From positions 2,368,001 to 2,432,000 of the forward strand of contig OY969801.1 of assembly GCA_963703225.1 (NCBI GenBank): a DNA stretch of 64,000 bases, in the 5' to 3' direction. The notes beneath the pieces are model-generated. The model did not search any database. It was not told the origin of the DNA and saw only the letters and a program-made list of their open reading frames with translations. Below are positions 42,418 through 52,410 of this stretch, one piece after another; positions within the stretch are counted from its first letter, which is position 1; every line of letters begins with the position of its first letter. A program made the position numbers and the translations under genes. This DNA is from Candidatus Eiseniibacteriota bacterium (lineage in GTDB: Bacteria > Eisenbacteria > RBG-16-71-46 > SZUA-252).

Positions 42418-43431
42418 TTGATTTGGGACGTGATCATCATCGGCGCAGGGCCCGCCGGGCTCTCGGCCGCGCTCTTTACGCGCATGCGCCGAATGTCGAC
42501 GCTCCTCCTGGAAACGGCCGTCGCGGGCGGCCAGCTTGCCTCCCTCTATCCCAAGAAGCCGGTTCACGACTACCCCTCCTACTCGTACGTCATGGGTGAG
42601 GATCTGGGAAAAAACTTCGTGGACCAGGCCCACCACATGGGTGCCCAGATCCAGGCGGGCGAGCACGTCACCATGATCGCGCGGGACGAAGAAGCGAATC
42701 TGATCCGCGTCACGTCGGCCAAGGGTGCTTACGAAGCAAGGAGCGTCATCGTCGCGACGGGGGGCGGCGCCTTCGAGCCGCGCAAGATCAACAAGCCTGG
42801 GGAAGCCGAGCTGCGCGGGAAGGGAGTTTTCTACGGGATGCCGGACGTCGAGGAATGCCGCGGAAAACGGGTGCTCGTGATCGGCGGCGGGGACAGCGCC
42901 CTGGAGTCCGCTCTCTCCATCAAGGAAACGGCCGCCGATGTCGTCCTGATCCACATGTTGGACAAGTGGCAGGGGATGGACAGCTACGTGGAGGACGTGC
43001 AGCAATCCAAAATCCGGGCGATGCTCGAAACGGAAACGGTCGAGATCAAGGGCGCGGACAAGGTCGAATCGGTGGTCGTGAAGAACAAGAAGACCGGCGC
43101 CGCGGAGGAAATCCCCGTCGACGTCGTCGCGATCAACATCGGCTATCTCATGGATACCAAGATCGTCCGCCAGTGGGGTCTCACTCTGGAAGGAAATCAG
43201 ATCCAGGTCGACAACGTGATGAACACGAACGTGAAGGGTGTCTACTCCTGCGGCGATATCGCGACCTACCCCGGAAAATACAAGCTCCTGATCACCGCCT
43301 GCAGCGAGGGGGCGGCCGCGGCCAACACCGCCTACATCTACGTGAAGCAGCCGAAGAAGTTTACCGTGGGGGAGCTCTACGCGGCCCCCAAGGAAGAGGG
43401 CGATACCCAGCCAAAGACGCCCGTGCCCTGA
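42418..43431 (+). CDS. TrxR-fold ferredoxin/flavodoxin-NADP+ reductase (YumC-like)
   Basis: GAGPAG, GGQLASLYPKKPVHD, GGGDSA, GDIATYPGK.KL; no CxxC. Confidence 0.82.
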   Translation: MIWDVIIIGAGPAGLSAALFTRMRRMSTLLLETAVAGGQLASLYPKKPVHDYPSYSYVMGEDLGKNFVDQAHHMGAQIQAGEHVTMIARDEEANLIRVTSAKGAYEARSVIVATGGGAFEPRKINKPGEAELRGKGVFYGMPDVEECRGKRVLVIGGGDSALESALSIKETAADVVLIHMLDKWQGMDSYVEDVQQSKIRAMLETETVEIKGADKVESVVVKNKKTGAAEEIPVDVVAINIGYLMDTKIVRQWGLTLEGNQIQVDNVMNTNVKGVYSCGDIATYPGKYKLLITACSEGAAAANTAYIYVKQPKKFTVGELYAAPKEEGDTQPKTPVP

Positions 43432-43473
43432 CTAGGGCCGCGGAACGACGTGGCCGGACCCGCGCGGCCCGGG

Positions 43474-44820
43474 CTACGTTCCGGCGATGGTGAGCTCCTT
43501 GAAGCGAAGGCTGGGCGAGGCGATATTGTTGCGGAAATCGAGGTCCTTCCCGACCGAATCGACCCCCATCAGCATGTCGTCGAGCTTGCCGGCGACCGTG
43601 ACCCCTTCCACGGGCTGGGTGAGCTTCCCCCCCTCGATCCAGAACCCCTCGACCTGCTGCGAGTACTCCCCGGCGGCGAGATCGAATCCGAATCCCGCGG
43701 TGCCCGTGACGTAGAGGCCGCGCGACACCTCCTGGATCATGTTGTCGGGCTTGGCTGAGCCGCGGTCGATGTAGAAATTCGTGGCGCCCACCGCCGGGAG
43801 TGAGTCATAGCCGCGGATGGCGTTCCCGGTCGGCTGAACGTTATCGCGTCGGGCGGTCGCCGTCGTGTGCAGGAACCGCACCAGGACGCCTTGGTCCACG
43901 ACGATCGTTCGCCGCGTCTGCGCCCCTTCCCCGTCGAAGGGGCGGGAGCCGAGGCCCCGGCGCATGATTCCATCGTCCACGATCGTGACCAGAGGCGACG
44001 CGATTTGCTGTCCCTTCCGTCCTGCCAGGAAGGAGCGCTGCTCCATGACGTTCAGGCCGTTGAAGGCGCCGAGGAGACCGCCCACAAACGCCCCAGCCGC
44101 CTCCGCCTCGAAGATCACCGGGGCCTTGGTCGAGGGAACCGGCTTGGCGCCGAGTTTGGCGACCGCCCGCTCGGCGGCCTTCCGGCCGATCCGCTCGGGA
44201 GTGACCAGGTCCAGATAGACCCGTTTCCGATCGGAGTATTCCCCTTCGCGCTTCTTGCCGCCTTCCGTCGCCACGGCCGTGCAGGAGCGCCAGCAGTTGG
44301 TCGACTGGAAGAATTGATAGGGGATGAACGTGTTCGTGAAATGAACCTCGCCGATCGCGTATCCGGCTCGAGTGTCCTGGGTCGTTTCGACTCGCTTGTC
44401 CTGGGCGATCGCGTTCTCCTCCAACGTCCGCGCCAGCGGGATCAGCTCCTCCGGCTTCATCGCGGCGATCGTGTCGTCGTAGATCTCCAGGTTTCCCTGA
44501 GGCGGAAAGATCTGATCGGGGAGCTTGTTCTCGTCCCGAGGGGTCGCTTCGCCGGCCATCGCGATCGTCCGGAGCACCAGCTCGTCCACGACGGTGCGGC
44601 GGAGATCGGTGGTGTAGAGAAATCCCATCTTTCGATCGCGGAGGACGCGGAGGCCGAGCCCGGTGATCGCCGATTGCTGGATCAGCTCCACCTCACGGTC
44701 GCGGACGCGAACCTCCGCGATCGTGATGAACTCGAAGTAGGTCTCCGCCTCGGCCGCGCCGGAGCGCTCGGCGAGGATCCGGACCCGCTCGATCTCCTCT
44801 TTGATTTTCGGTCGTTCCAT
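43474..44820 (-). CDS. pmbA: PmbA/TldE family protein
   Basis: LGLRV...KMGF, DDG.....LGSRPFDGEG, TGNA.R, GEYS, GVTVAG, SPSL; lacks HExxH; the 787-aa ORF is an artefactual extension. Confidence 0.88.
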   Translation of the reverse strand: MERPKIKEEIERVRILAERSGAAEAETYFEFITIAEVRVRDREVELIQQSAITGLGLRVLRDRKMGFLYTTDLRRTVVDELVLRTIAMAGEATPRDENKLPDQIFPPQGNLEIYDDTIAAMKPEELIPLARTLEENAIAQDKRVETTQDTRAGYAIGEVHFTNTFIPYQFFQSTNCWRSCTAVATEGGKKREGEYSDRKRVYLDLVTPERIGRKAAERAVAKLGAKPVPSTKAPVIFEAEAAGAFVGGLLGAFNGLNVMEQRSFLAGRKGQQIASPLVTIVDDGIMRRGLGSRPFDGEGAQTRRTIVVDQGVLVRFLHTTATARRDNVQPTGNAIRGYDSLPAVGATNFYIDRGSAKPDNMIQEVSRGLYVTGTAGFGFDLAAGEYSQQVEGFWIEGGKLTQPVEGVTVAGKLDDMLMGVDSVGKDLDFRNNIASPSLRFKELTIAGT

Positions 44821-44822
44821 AG

Positions 44823-46379
44823 CTAGATCGCCGTCCCCCCCACGGTGATCGAGGAAAAGCGGACCGTCGGTTGCCCCACCCCGACCGGGACCAGCTGTCC
44901 ATCCTTGCCGCACGTGCCGCGGCTCTGCTCGACGACCAGGTCGCGGCCGATGCCCTCGATCCGGTTCATGGTCTCGAGGGAGTTGCCGATCAAGACGGCC
45001 CCGCGCACCGGCTGGGTGAGCTGGCCGTTCTCGATCAGGTAGCCCAGCCGGACGGCGAAATTGAAGTTGCCGCTCGTCGTGTCCACCGACCCGCCGCGCC
45101 ATCTCGGCGGCGTAGAAGCCCTTCGTGATGCCGCTCAGGAGCGACGCCGGGTCGCTCGTGCCGGCGTCGATGTACGTGTTGCTCATTCGCGGGATGGGAC
45201 GGTGGCGGTAGGACATCCGCCGCCCGTTTCCGGTCGAGCGCATGGAGAGAAGCGACCCGCTCTGGCGGTCGAGGAGATAGGACTGCAGGACGCCGCCGTC
45301 GATCAGGACGGTCTTCTGCCCCAGCGTCGCTTCGTCGTCGACCGCGAAGGAGCCCCGGCCGTTGGGCCAACCCGCGTCGTCGACGACCCGAAGGAGCGGA
45401 GAGGCAATCTTGGTCCCGATCTTGCCGCTCAAGAGCGACGTGTTGCGGCTGATGCCGTCTCCTTCGGAGGCGTGCCCGAACGACTCGTGGATCAGGACGC
45501 CGCCCCACCCCGGCGCGATGACGACCGGCATCGCGCCCGCCGGCGCCGGTCCGGCGCCCAGGAGCGTGATCGCCTGTCGTGCCGCGTCGCGAGCCACGGA
45601 TTCGGGATCGTGCTGCTGGAAGTAGCCCTGATCCACCCGGCCGCCGAGCGAAGCGAACCCGTTCCGGCGGGTGGAGCCCTGCACGGCTGTGGGAGCGCAA
45701 ACGATCGAGACGAGGTACTGGCGGTCGAGGACGTACGCGCCGTCCGACGTGCCGCAGAGGAGTGTCCCGGGTCTCGTCCACGTACTCGATCCGCACCGAA
45801 GCGATCCGCGGGTCGACGCCCGCGCCGCGGCGTCCATACGCCGGAGCAGGTTGAACTTGATCTGCTCCGACCATCATCGGGAGCGGGAGCGGCGAGCGGG
45901 AACGGCGGAGGCGCGTTTCGGGGCGTCACGTCCAGTGGGCGCACCGGGCTCTGATTCTGGACGACGCTCGAGGCGACGCGCGCCGCGTCGAGGAGATCGT
46001 TGTACGCGATCTCGTCCGAGAACGCGTAGCCCGGTCTGCTTCCGCCGGAGGACCCGCACGCCGGCGCCGCGCGGATAGCCGTAGGTGACGGAGTCGATCT
46101 TGCTGTCGTCGAGAACGATCGTGGTGCGGAACCGCTGCTCGGCGAAGACGTCGGCGAAGTCGCCGCCCCGCCGCAGCGCCTCGATCAGGATCTGGTTGAC
46201 CGTTTCGAGATTCAGGACGTCGCGGAGCTCCTGGCCGATCCCCATGATCGCGGCCTCCGCTTCGCTCGCGCCGCCGATCCATGGGAGGCCCGACGTGGCT
46301 GCCCGCCGAGGATCGCCGTGGAGAGGAGCGCGCCATTCTTCAGGAAGTCGCGCCGGGAAATCGGATTCTCGAGACCCAT
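44823..46379 (-). CDS. tldD: TldD family metalloprotease with N-terminal twin-arginine signal; multiply frameshifted
   Basis: GGDFADVFAE, GAGVRV, GVLIHESFGHASEGD, DDE, TGNGRR.SY...PIPRMSNT, GTCGK.GQ.VPVG.GQPT; N-terminus MGLENPISRRDFLK; about six indels. Confidence 0.85.
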
Positions 46380-46410
46380 GAGATGCAGGTTGGCAGAATC
46401 GGCGCTCTGG

Positions 46411-46439
46411 TTGCAAGAGGCCGGTGTCAATGCTACGGT
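46411..46439 (+). promoter_or_regulatory. Putative sigma70 promoter for DUF2203-methyltransferase-polX operon
   Basis: TTGCAA-17 bp-TACGGT with extended -10 TG; only ~11 bp upstream of ATG 46451. Confidence 0.4.
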
Positions 46440-46450
46440 TAGCGGTGCGC

Positions 46451-46881
46451 ATGGAGCGGATCCGGAGCAAGATCTTCTCGGTCGAAGAGGCGAACGAGCT
46501 CATCCCCTACCTGGAGCGCTCCCTCACGGAGCTGACGTCACTGGGGCGGGAGATCACCGGATTTCCGCAGGGAGATCGAGGTCCTCGCCGCGATCGAAAG
46601 CGCCGGCGCCAGCCCCGTCGAGCCCGGACGTGCGCGCCTTCCGGGAAATGGAGACAGGCCTACACGGCGCGCCTGGAGCGCTTCCGCGCAGTCGCTCACC
46701 GAAGTCTCGCAACACGGCTGCGTCATCCGCGATCTCGAGCTGGGCCTCGTTGACTTCTACACGATGTCACGCGGGCAGGTCGTCTGCCTCTGCTGGCGCC
46801 GCGGCGAGATCGCGCATCGAGCACTGGCACCCGATCGACGAAGGCTTCTCCGGCCGCCGCCCCCTCGAGGATCTGGCGTAG
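46451..46881 (+). CDS. DUF2203-like protein; frameshifted
   Basis: FSVEEANELIP; across frames GCVIRDLELGLVDF, VCLCWRRGE, HWHPIDEGFSGRRPL. Confidence 0.75.
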
Positions 46882-46920
46882 CCCAAGGGCGTCGGGCGCG
46901 GGCCCTCAGGAGAGGAGTGG

Positions 46921-47559
46921 ATGAGCAAACCGTTCGCGATCACCCATCCGCGCATCAATCGGTACCTCTTCGAAATCCAGCATCGCCGCCACCCCATCCT
47001 CCGGCCCATGGAGGCTTACGCCGAACGCCACGGATTCCCGATCATCGGGCCGCTTGTCGGGCGGGTGCTCTACCAGCTCACGCTGGCGATTCGGGCGCGG
47101 CGCGTCTTCGAGCTGGGGTCGGGGTACGGCTACACCGCCGTCTGGTTCGCGCAGGCGGTGGGCCCCCGCGGGAGGGTCGTGATGACGGAGGGAGATCCAC
47201 GTAACTCGCGGCTCGCGATGCGGTACCTGACGCGGGCGCGGCTGGCCTCCCGAGTCACGCCGCTCGTGGGAGACGCGCTCACCCATCTCGCCCGGGAGCG
47301 CGGCACCTTCGACATCATCCTGAACGACATCGACAAATGGCAGTATCCGGAGGTCCTCCCTCTCGCGCGAAAGAAGCTGCGCCGAGGTGGCCTCTTGATT
47401 ACCGACAACATGCTCTGGAGCGGGAAGGTGCTCCGGAAGGGCGGAGACCGGAATACCCGCGGCGTCCAGGATCTGACCCGCCTCCTCTTCCAGGCCCCGG
47501 ACTTCGTCACGACCCTTCTGCCGATCCGGGACGGCGTCACCGTCAGCCTCAAGCTGTAG
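46921..47559 (+). CDS. SAM-dependent O-methyltransferase (COMT/Methyltransf_3-like)
   Basis: FELGSGYGY, FDIILNDIDK..YP, GGLLITDNMLWSG, PIRDGV. Confidence 0.9.
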   Translation: MSKPFAITHPRINRYLFEIQHRRHPILRPMEAYAERHGFPIIGPLVGRVLYQLTLAIRARRVFELGSGYGYTAVWFAQAVGPRGRVVMTEGDPRNSRLAMRYLTRARLASRVTPLVGDALTHLARERGTFDIILNDIDKWQYPEVLPLARKKLRRGGLLITDNMLWSGKVLRKGGDRNTRGVQDLTRLLFQAPDFVTTLLPIRDGVTVSLKL

Positions 47560-47566
47560 CAAGCCC

Positions 47567-49283
47567 GTGGACAAGCGCGACGTCGCCCGCACCCTCGAGG
47601 AAATCGCGGTTCTCCTGGAGCTCAAAGGGGCGAACCCCTTCAAGGTGCGCGCCTACGAGAACGCGGCCCGCGCCATCGACGGCTTTTCCCAGGACCTTGG
47701 CGCGGCCGTGGACGGGAGAACCCTCACCGAGGTCCAGGGAATCGGCGACTCCATCGCCCGAAACGTCTCCGAGCTCTGGAAGACCGGCCGGATGAAGTTC
47801 TACGAAGAGCTCGTCGACTCGACCCCGCCCGTATATCTCGACATGATCCGAATCCCCGGTCTTGGCGCGAAGCGGATCCGCGCGCTGGGGGAGGCCCTCG
47901 AGATCACGTCGCTCGCCACGTTGAAGCACGCCGCCGAGCAGGGGCGGATCCGCGAGCTCAAGGGCTTCGGCGAGCAATCGGAGAAGAAGATCCTCCAGGG
48001 GATCGCGCTGCTCGAGGCCGGCTCGGGCCGGCGCTTGGCCGGCGAGGTTCGTCCCTTCGCGGAGGAAATCGCCCACAAGCTGAAGAAGCTCTCCGCGGTG
48101 AAGCAGGTGGAGGTCGGGGGGAGTTTGCGGCGGTGGATGGAGACGGTGAAAGATGTCGATCTCTTGGTCGCGACGGACGATCCCGCCGCCGTGACCCAGG
48201 CGTTTCTCAAGTTCGTGCCCGACGCGAGCATCATCGCGAGCGGGGATACCAAGACCTCGGTGAGACTCGCGAGCGGGCTCGCCGTCGACCTGCGCCTCGT
48301 GACGCCCAAGGAATTCCCATTCGCGCTCCATTACTTCACGGGGAGCGTCGCGCACAACATCCGGGTCCGCGCGCGGGCGCTCGATCGAGGGTGGAGCCTC
48401 AACGAGTACGCGCTCTCCGGCAAGAAGCGGCACCCACCGATCGTAAGCGAGGCCGATCTCTTCAAGGTCCTGGGCCTCGCCTACATCGAGCCGGAGCTGC
48501 GCGAGGACCGGGGCGAAATCGAGGCCGCCGAGACGGATTCCCTCCCCGATCTGATCGAGCTCGACGATCTCCGGGGCATCCTCCACTGCCACACCACCTA
48601 CAGCGACGGGAAGTCGACCTTGGAGGAAATGGCCAAGGCGGCCGAAGCCTGGGGCGCGGAGTACCTCGGAATCTCGGACCACAGCGTTACGGCGCGCTAC
48701 GCGAACGGGCTTTCCGAAGCGGACTTGAAGCGTCAGCACGCGGAGATCGATCGCTGGAACGCGAAATCGAAGAAGCTCCGAATTCTAAAGGGGGCCGAGG
48801 TCGACATCCTCCCCGACGGGACCCTCGACTATCCCAACAAGGTGCTCGCCCGGCTCGATTTCGTCATCGCGTCGATCCACACGGTGTTCACGATGGGCGA
48901 AGCGGAAATGACCCAGCGGGTCGTTCGGGCTCTCCAAAACAAGCACGTCGGGATCCTGGCTCACCCGACCGGCCGCCTACTGCTTCAACGCGAGGGATTC
49001 AAGATTACCTTCGAAGAAATCTACAAGGTCGCGGCGGAAGAAGGCGTGGTGATCGAGGTGAACGCGAATCCACACCGGCTCGACCTCGACTGGCGGGAGC
49101 TTCGGGCGGCCAAGGAGCACAAGGTCAAGTTCGCGGTCAATCCGGACGCGCACGAGGCGGGCGGATACTCCGACCTCCGGTACGGGATCGGCGCGGCCCG
49201 GAAGGGTTGGCTCACCAAGAAAGACGTGATCAACTGCCTGACGGCCGAACAAGGCGATCGCAATCCTCCGGGCCCGCCGGTGA
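47567..49283 (+). CDS. polX: DNA polymerase X with PHP domain; 1-nt frameshift near 49252
   Basis: NPFKVRAY, GIG, GSLRR..ETVKDVD, VDLR, YFTGS..HN, PELRE, LHCHT..SDG, SDHS, AHPTGR, NPDAH; true stop probably TGA 49281-49283. Confidence 0.92.
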
Positions 49284-50851
49284 GCCCTCGCAAGGCACCG
49301 TCCCGATCCCGGCCCCCGCGCCGCGGGGCGCCGCCCAGGCGTGCCGACGCCTCGGTCCAGATCTACCCGAACGATCCCGATGCCGCCGTCGGGCTGGTCC
49401 CGGCCACGCCGCTTCCCCGCTCCCTGGGCGACCCACCCTACGTGATCGAGGGGCGCCGCTACGCGCCCGCCCCGTACGCCCCCGGCACGCTCGCGTTTCA
49501 GTACTGGCAGGGGGAGGTCGCGCTCTCACGCACGATCCGCGTCTGGGAGGATCTCTTCGATCGCGATTTCTCCGCATGGCAGGGCGGGCCAACCGCTCCG
49601 GGTCCGGCTTCGCGCGGGCAAGGATCTGAATGCCTTTTACGACCGAAAGAGCCTCCAGTTCTTCTACGACGTCGACGAGAAGACCGGGCGCACCGTCTAC
49701 GCCGCGGAGAGCCTCGACGTGGTCGCGCACGAGACGGGGCACGCGGTCCTCGACGTCTACCAGCCCGGATTACTGGTCGAGCGTCGACCTGGAGACGGCC
49801 TCGTTTCACGAGGCCTTCGCCGACTGCTCCGCGCTCCTGACCACGCTCACCGACGGCGCGGTGCGGCGGGAGTTTCTGGAGGAGACCCGAAGGGCTCGCT
49901 TCGGAAGAGCAACCTCGTCTCCCGGCTGGCCGAGGCCCTCGGCCGCGCGCTTTACGACAACTACGGTCCAGGCTCGGTGAGCGATCCGACGCGGCTGCGC
50001 GACGCGAACAATTCTCTTCCGGTACGCCCCGCCGGACGAGCTGCCCTCGAGCGCGCCGGACGAGGCGCTCGCCGCCGAGCCCCACTCCTTCTCGCGCGTT
50101 TTCACCGGCGCGTTCTACGACACGCTGATCTGGCTCATCGCGCGGGAGATGAAGCGGGACCCGACCGAGGCCGGTCTGGAGCGGGCGCGGAGGCTCACGG
50201 GGCGTATCCTGGGGCGCGCGGTGGAGACGCTCCCGCCGGGCGAGGCTCGTTACGCTCGCCGTGGCCTCCCGGATGCGGGAAATCGACCAGTCGGAAGAGG
50301 GAGGCGTCGCTTCGATCGGGATCGAGGAGGGATTCGGACGCCACGGAATCAGGCTCCCGCCGCTCCAGGCCGCCGCGGCGCGATCGGTCCGGAGGGGCTA
50401 CCGAGCGCTCCGGTCCCTCGACCCCGATCGACCCGGCGGCAGCGCGGCGCTCCGCGCCGCCCTCGGGGTGGCGCGCGGCGCCCGCCTGGAGCGAACCTCC
50501 CTGCCCGCTCGCGTGGGTGGCGGAATCCGCGAGCAATTCATTCACCGCGACTCGCTCGTGGTTCGGCATCGCTCGCTCGGCCGCTTGAGCGGCGTGGTGG
50601 TTCGGATCCAGTGCGGATGCACGCTCACGAGGGGCCCTTCGGGGGACGTCGAGGGCGCTTCGCTCGCTCCGCACCCCCATCCCACCCCGGCCGAGGTGGC
50701 CCGGCAGCTCAAGCGCTGGATGGCGATGGACGCGATCGAGCTGCCCGGCGGGCGGCGCGCGGCGCCGCGGAGCAGCCGCGAGCTTTTTCGCGCACGCAAA
50801 CCATTCCGCGTGTCCCGATCGCGCGTCCTCGAGCGGGTCTATTTCGACTGA
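49280..50851 (+). CDS. Gluzincin (M4/M36-like) zinc metallopeptidase, no signal peptide; multiply frameshifted
   Basis: Across frames: DLNAFYDRKSLQFF, SLDVVAHETGHAVLD, ASFHEAFAD, LRDANN, EPHSFSRVFTGAFYD; GTG overlaps polX stop. Confidence 0.72.
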
Positions 50852-50866
50852 GCCTCGGGCGCGCGT

Positions 50867-51583
50867 CTAGCCCGTCGTTTCTCCCGGTTTCAGTTCGAGC
50901 ACCACGATGTCCGACCGGTCCCGAAGTCGCTCCCGTAGCGCCGCGGGGGTTCCGGTCAGGGCCGGAAACGTCGAGTGGTGGATCGGCACGACGTATCGCG
51001 CGCCGATCATGCGGGCGGCCACCGAGGCCTCGACCGGGGACATGGTGTACAGATCTCCGATCGGAAGAACCGCGACCTGGGGCCTGTAGATCTCCCCGAT
51101 CAGCTTCATGTCGCTGTGCACTGTGGTGTCGCCCGCGTGGTAGACCCGCGCCCCTCCCTCGAATTCCAGGACGTAGCCGCACGCCTCCCCGCCCGGGTAG
51201 AACGTGTCCCCCTCGCGGATGCTGCTCGAATGGACTGCGTGCACCATGGTGATCTTGACGCCGTGGAGAATGAGGGTTCCCCCTTTGTTGATGCCGTGAA
51301 CCTTCTCGATCCCCTTCAACTCCAGATACTGGGAGATCTCAAAGTTGCAAACGACGTCGGGGTGATACTTCCGCGCCAATGCCAGGCAGTCGTCGAAATG
51401 GTCGAAGTGCCCGTGGGTGATGAGGAGGAGGTCGAGCGATTTCACGTTCTTGGCCGAATCCGGGCAGGCCGGGTTGTGTTCGACCCATGCATCGACCAGA
51501 ACCGAAGTGCCGGAGGGCGTGGTGTAGAGGACGGTCCCGTGGCCCATCCAGGTGATCGAAACGCCGAGGTCTCTCTTCATCAT
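50867..51583 (-). CDS. MBL-fold metal-dependent hydrolase (UPF0173-like)
   Basis: ITWMGHG, THGHFDH, AVHSS, YHAGDT, LPIGD.YTM, PIHH.TFP. Confidence 0.9.
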   Translation of the reverse strand: MMKRDLGVSITWMGHGTVLYTTPSGTSVLVDAWVEHNPACPDSAKNVKSLDLLLITHGHFDHFDDCLALARKYHPDVVCNFEISQYLELKGIEKVHGINKGGTLILHGVKITMVHAVHSSSIREGDTFYPGGEACGYVLEFEGGARVYHAGDTTVHSDMKLIGEIYRPQVAVLPIGDLYTMSPVEASVAARMIGARYVVPIHHSTFPALTGTPAALRERLRDRSDIVVLELKPGETTG

Positions 51584-51609
51584 CGGATCCTCTCCGCCTT
51601 CGGCGAGGC

Positions 51610-52410
51610 CTACTTTCGTTTGGCCCGCTTCGCGGCTTTGGCCCGCCTTGGCGGGGCCGCCTTCGCCCTCTCGGCCTTGGCGCGCTTCCCTGCCCCGTCC
51701 CGTTTCGGCTGGACGGCTTTCCCTCGTCTCGCGACCTTCGCGCGCTTCCCCCCACCCTTCCGTTCCCACGGCGGCACCGAGCCCCTTCGGAAGTAGGGCT
51801 CGCTCGGGCAAAGATCCTTCACCGCGCATTCCGGGCACTTCGGCTTCCTCGCGATGCACGTGCGACGGCCATGGAAGATGAGCAGGTGCGAGAAATCGAT
51901 CCACGCGTCGCGCGGGAGGATCCGCATGAGGTCCCGCTCCACCTCCTCCGCGGTTTTTCCCCGGCTCAGTCCGAGACGCCGGGCGATCCGCTCGACGTGC
52001 GTGTCGACGACCACGCCCTCCGCGAGACCATAACCCACCCCCAGCACCACATTGGCCGTCTTCCGAGCCACGCCCGAGAGCGTGAGCAGCTCGTCCATGG
52101 TCCGCGGCACCGCGCCTCCAAACGCCTCGACGATCCTCTGTGAGGCGGCGCGTATCGCCTTGGCCTTGTTTCTGTAAAACCCGGTCGAGCGAACGATCGT
52201 TTCCAGCGATTCCTGGCTCGAGCGGCTCATCGCGCCCGCGTCCGGGTACTTGGCGAAGAGGCCCGGCGTCACCATGTTGACCCTGGCGTCGGTGCATTGC
52301 GCGGAGAGGATCGTGGCCACGAGGAGCTGGAACGGGTTCTCGTGGGTCAGCGCGCAGGCGGCATCCGGATAGGCCTGGCGCAGCCGCGCGAGCAGGGTCT
52401 GAATCTCCAT
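51610..52410 (-). CDS. nth: Endonuclease III with basic C-terminal tail
   Basis: LLVATILSAQCTD.RVN, GVARKTANVV, VVDTHV.R, CX6CX2CX5C. Confidence 0.95.
   Translation of the reverse strand: MEIQTLLARLRQAYPDAACALTHENPFQLLVATILSAQCTDARVNMVTPGLFAKYPDAGAMSRSSQESLETIVRSTGFYRNKAKAIRAASQRIVEAFGGAVPRTMDELLTLSGVARKTANVVLGVGYGLAEGVVVDTHVERIARRLGLSRGKTAEEVERDLMRILPRDAWIDFSHLLIFHGRRTCIARKPKCPECAVKDLCPSEPYFRRGSVPPWERKGGGKRAKVARRGKAVQPKRDGAGKRAKAERAKAAPPRRAKAAKRAKRK

Noticed and set aside
43350..43385. KKFTVGEL in the FNR tail as an encapsulin targeting peptide next to a ferritin-like gene
   Set aside because: The key GSL is GEL, the motif is not terminal, and no encapsulin is in the window; it is more simply the FNR C-terminal extension.
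43474..45837. 787-aa TldD-PmbA fusion ORF
   Set aside because: Produced by a frameshift near 45095; tldD has its own stop at 44823 and pmbA its own ATG at 44820.
47567..49840. 757-aa PolX with long C-terminal extension
   Set aside because: A 1-nt indel near 49252 reads into the next gene; the corrected frame ends AIAILRARR-stop at 49283.
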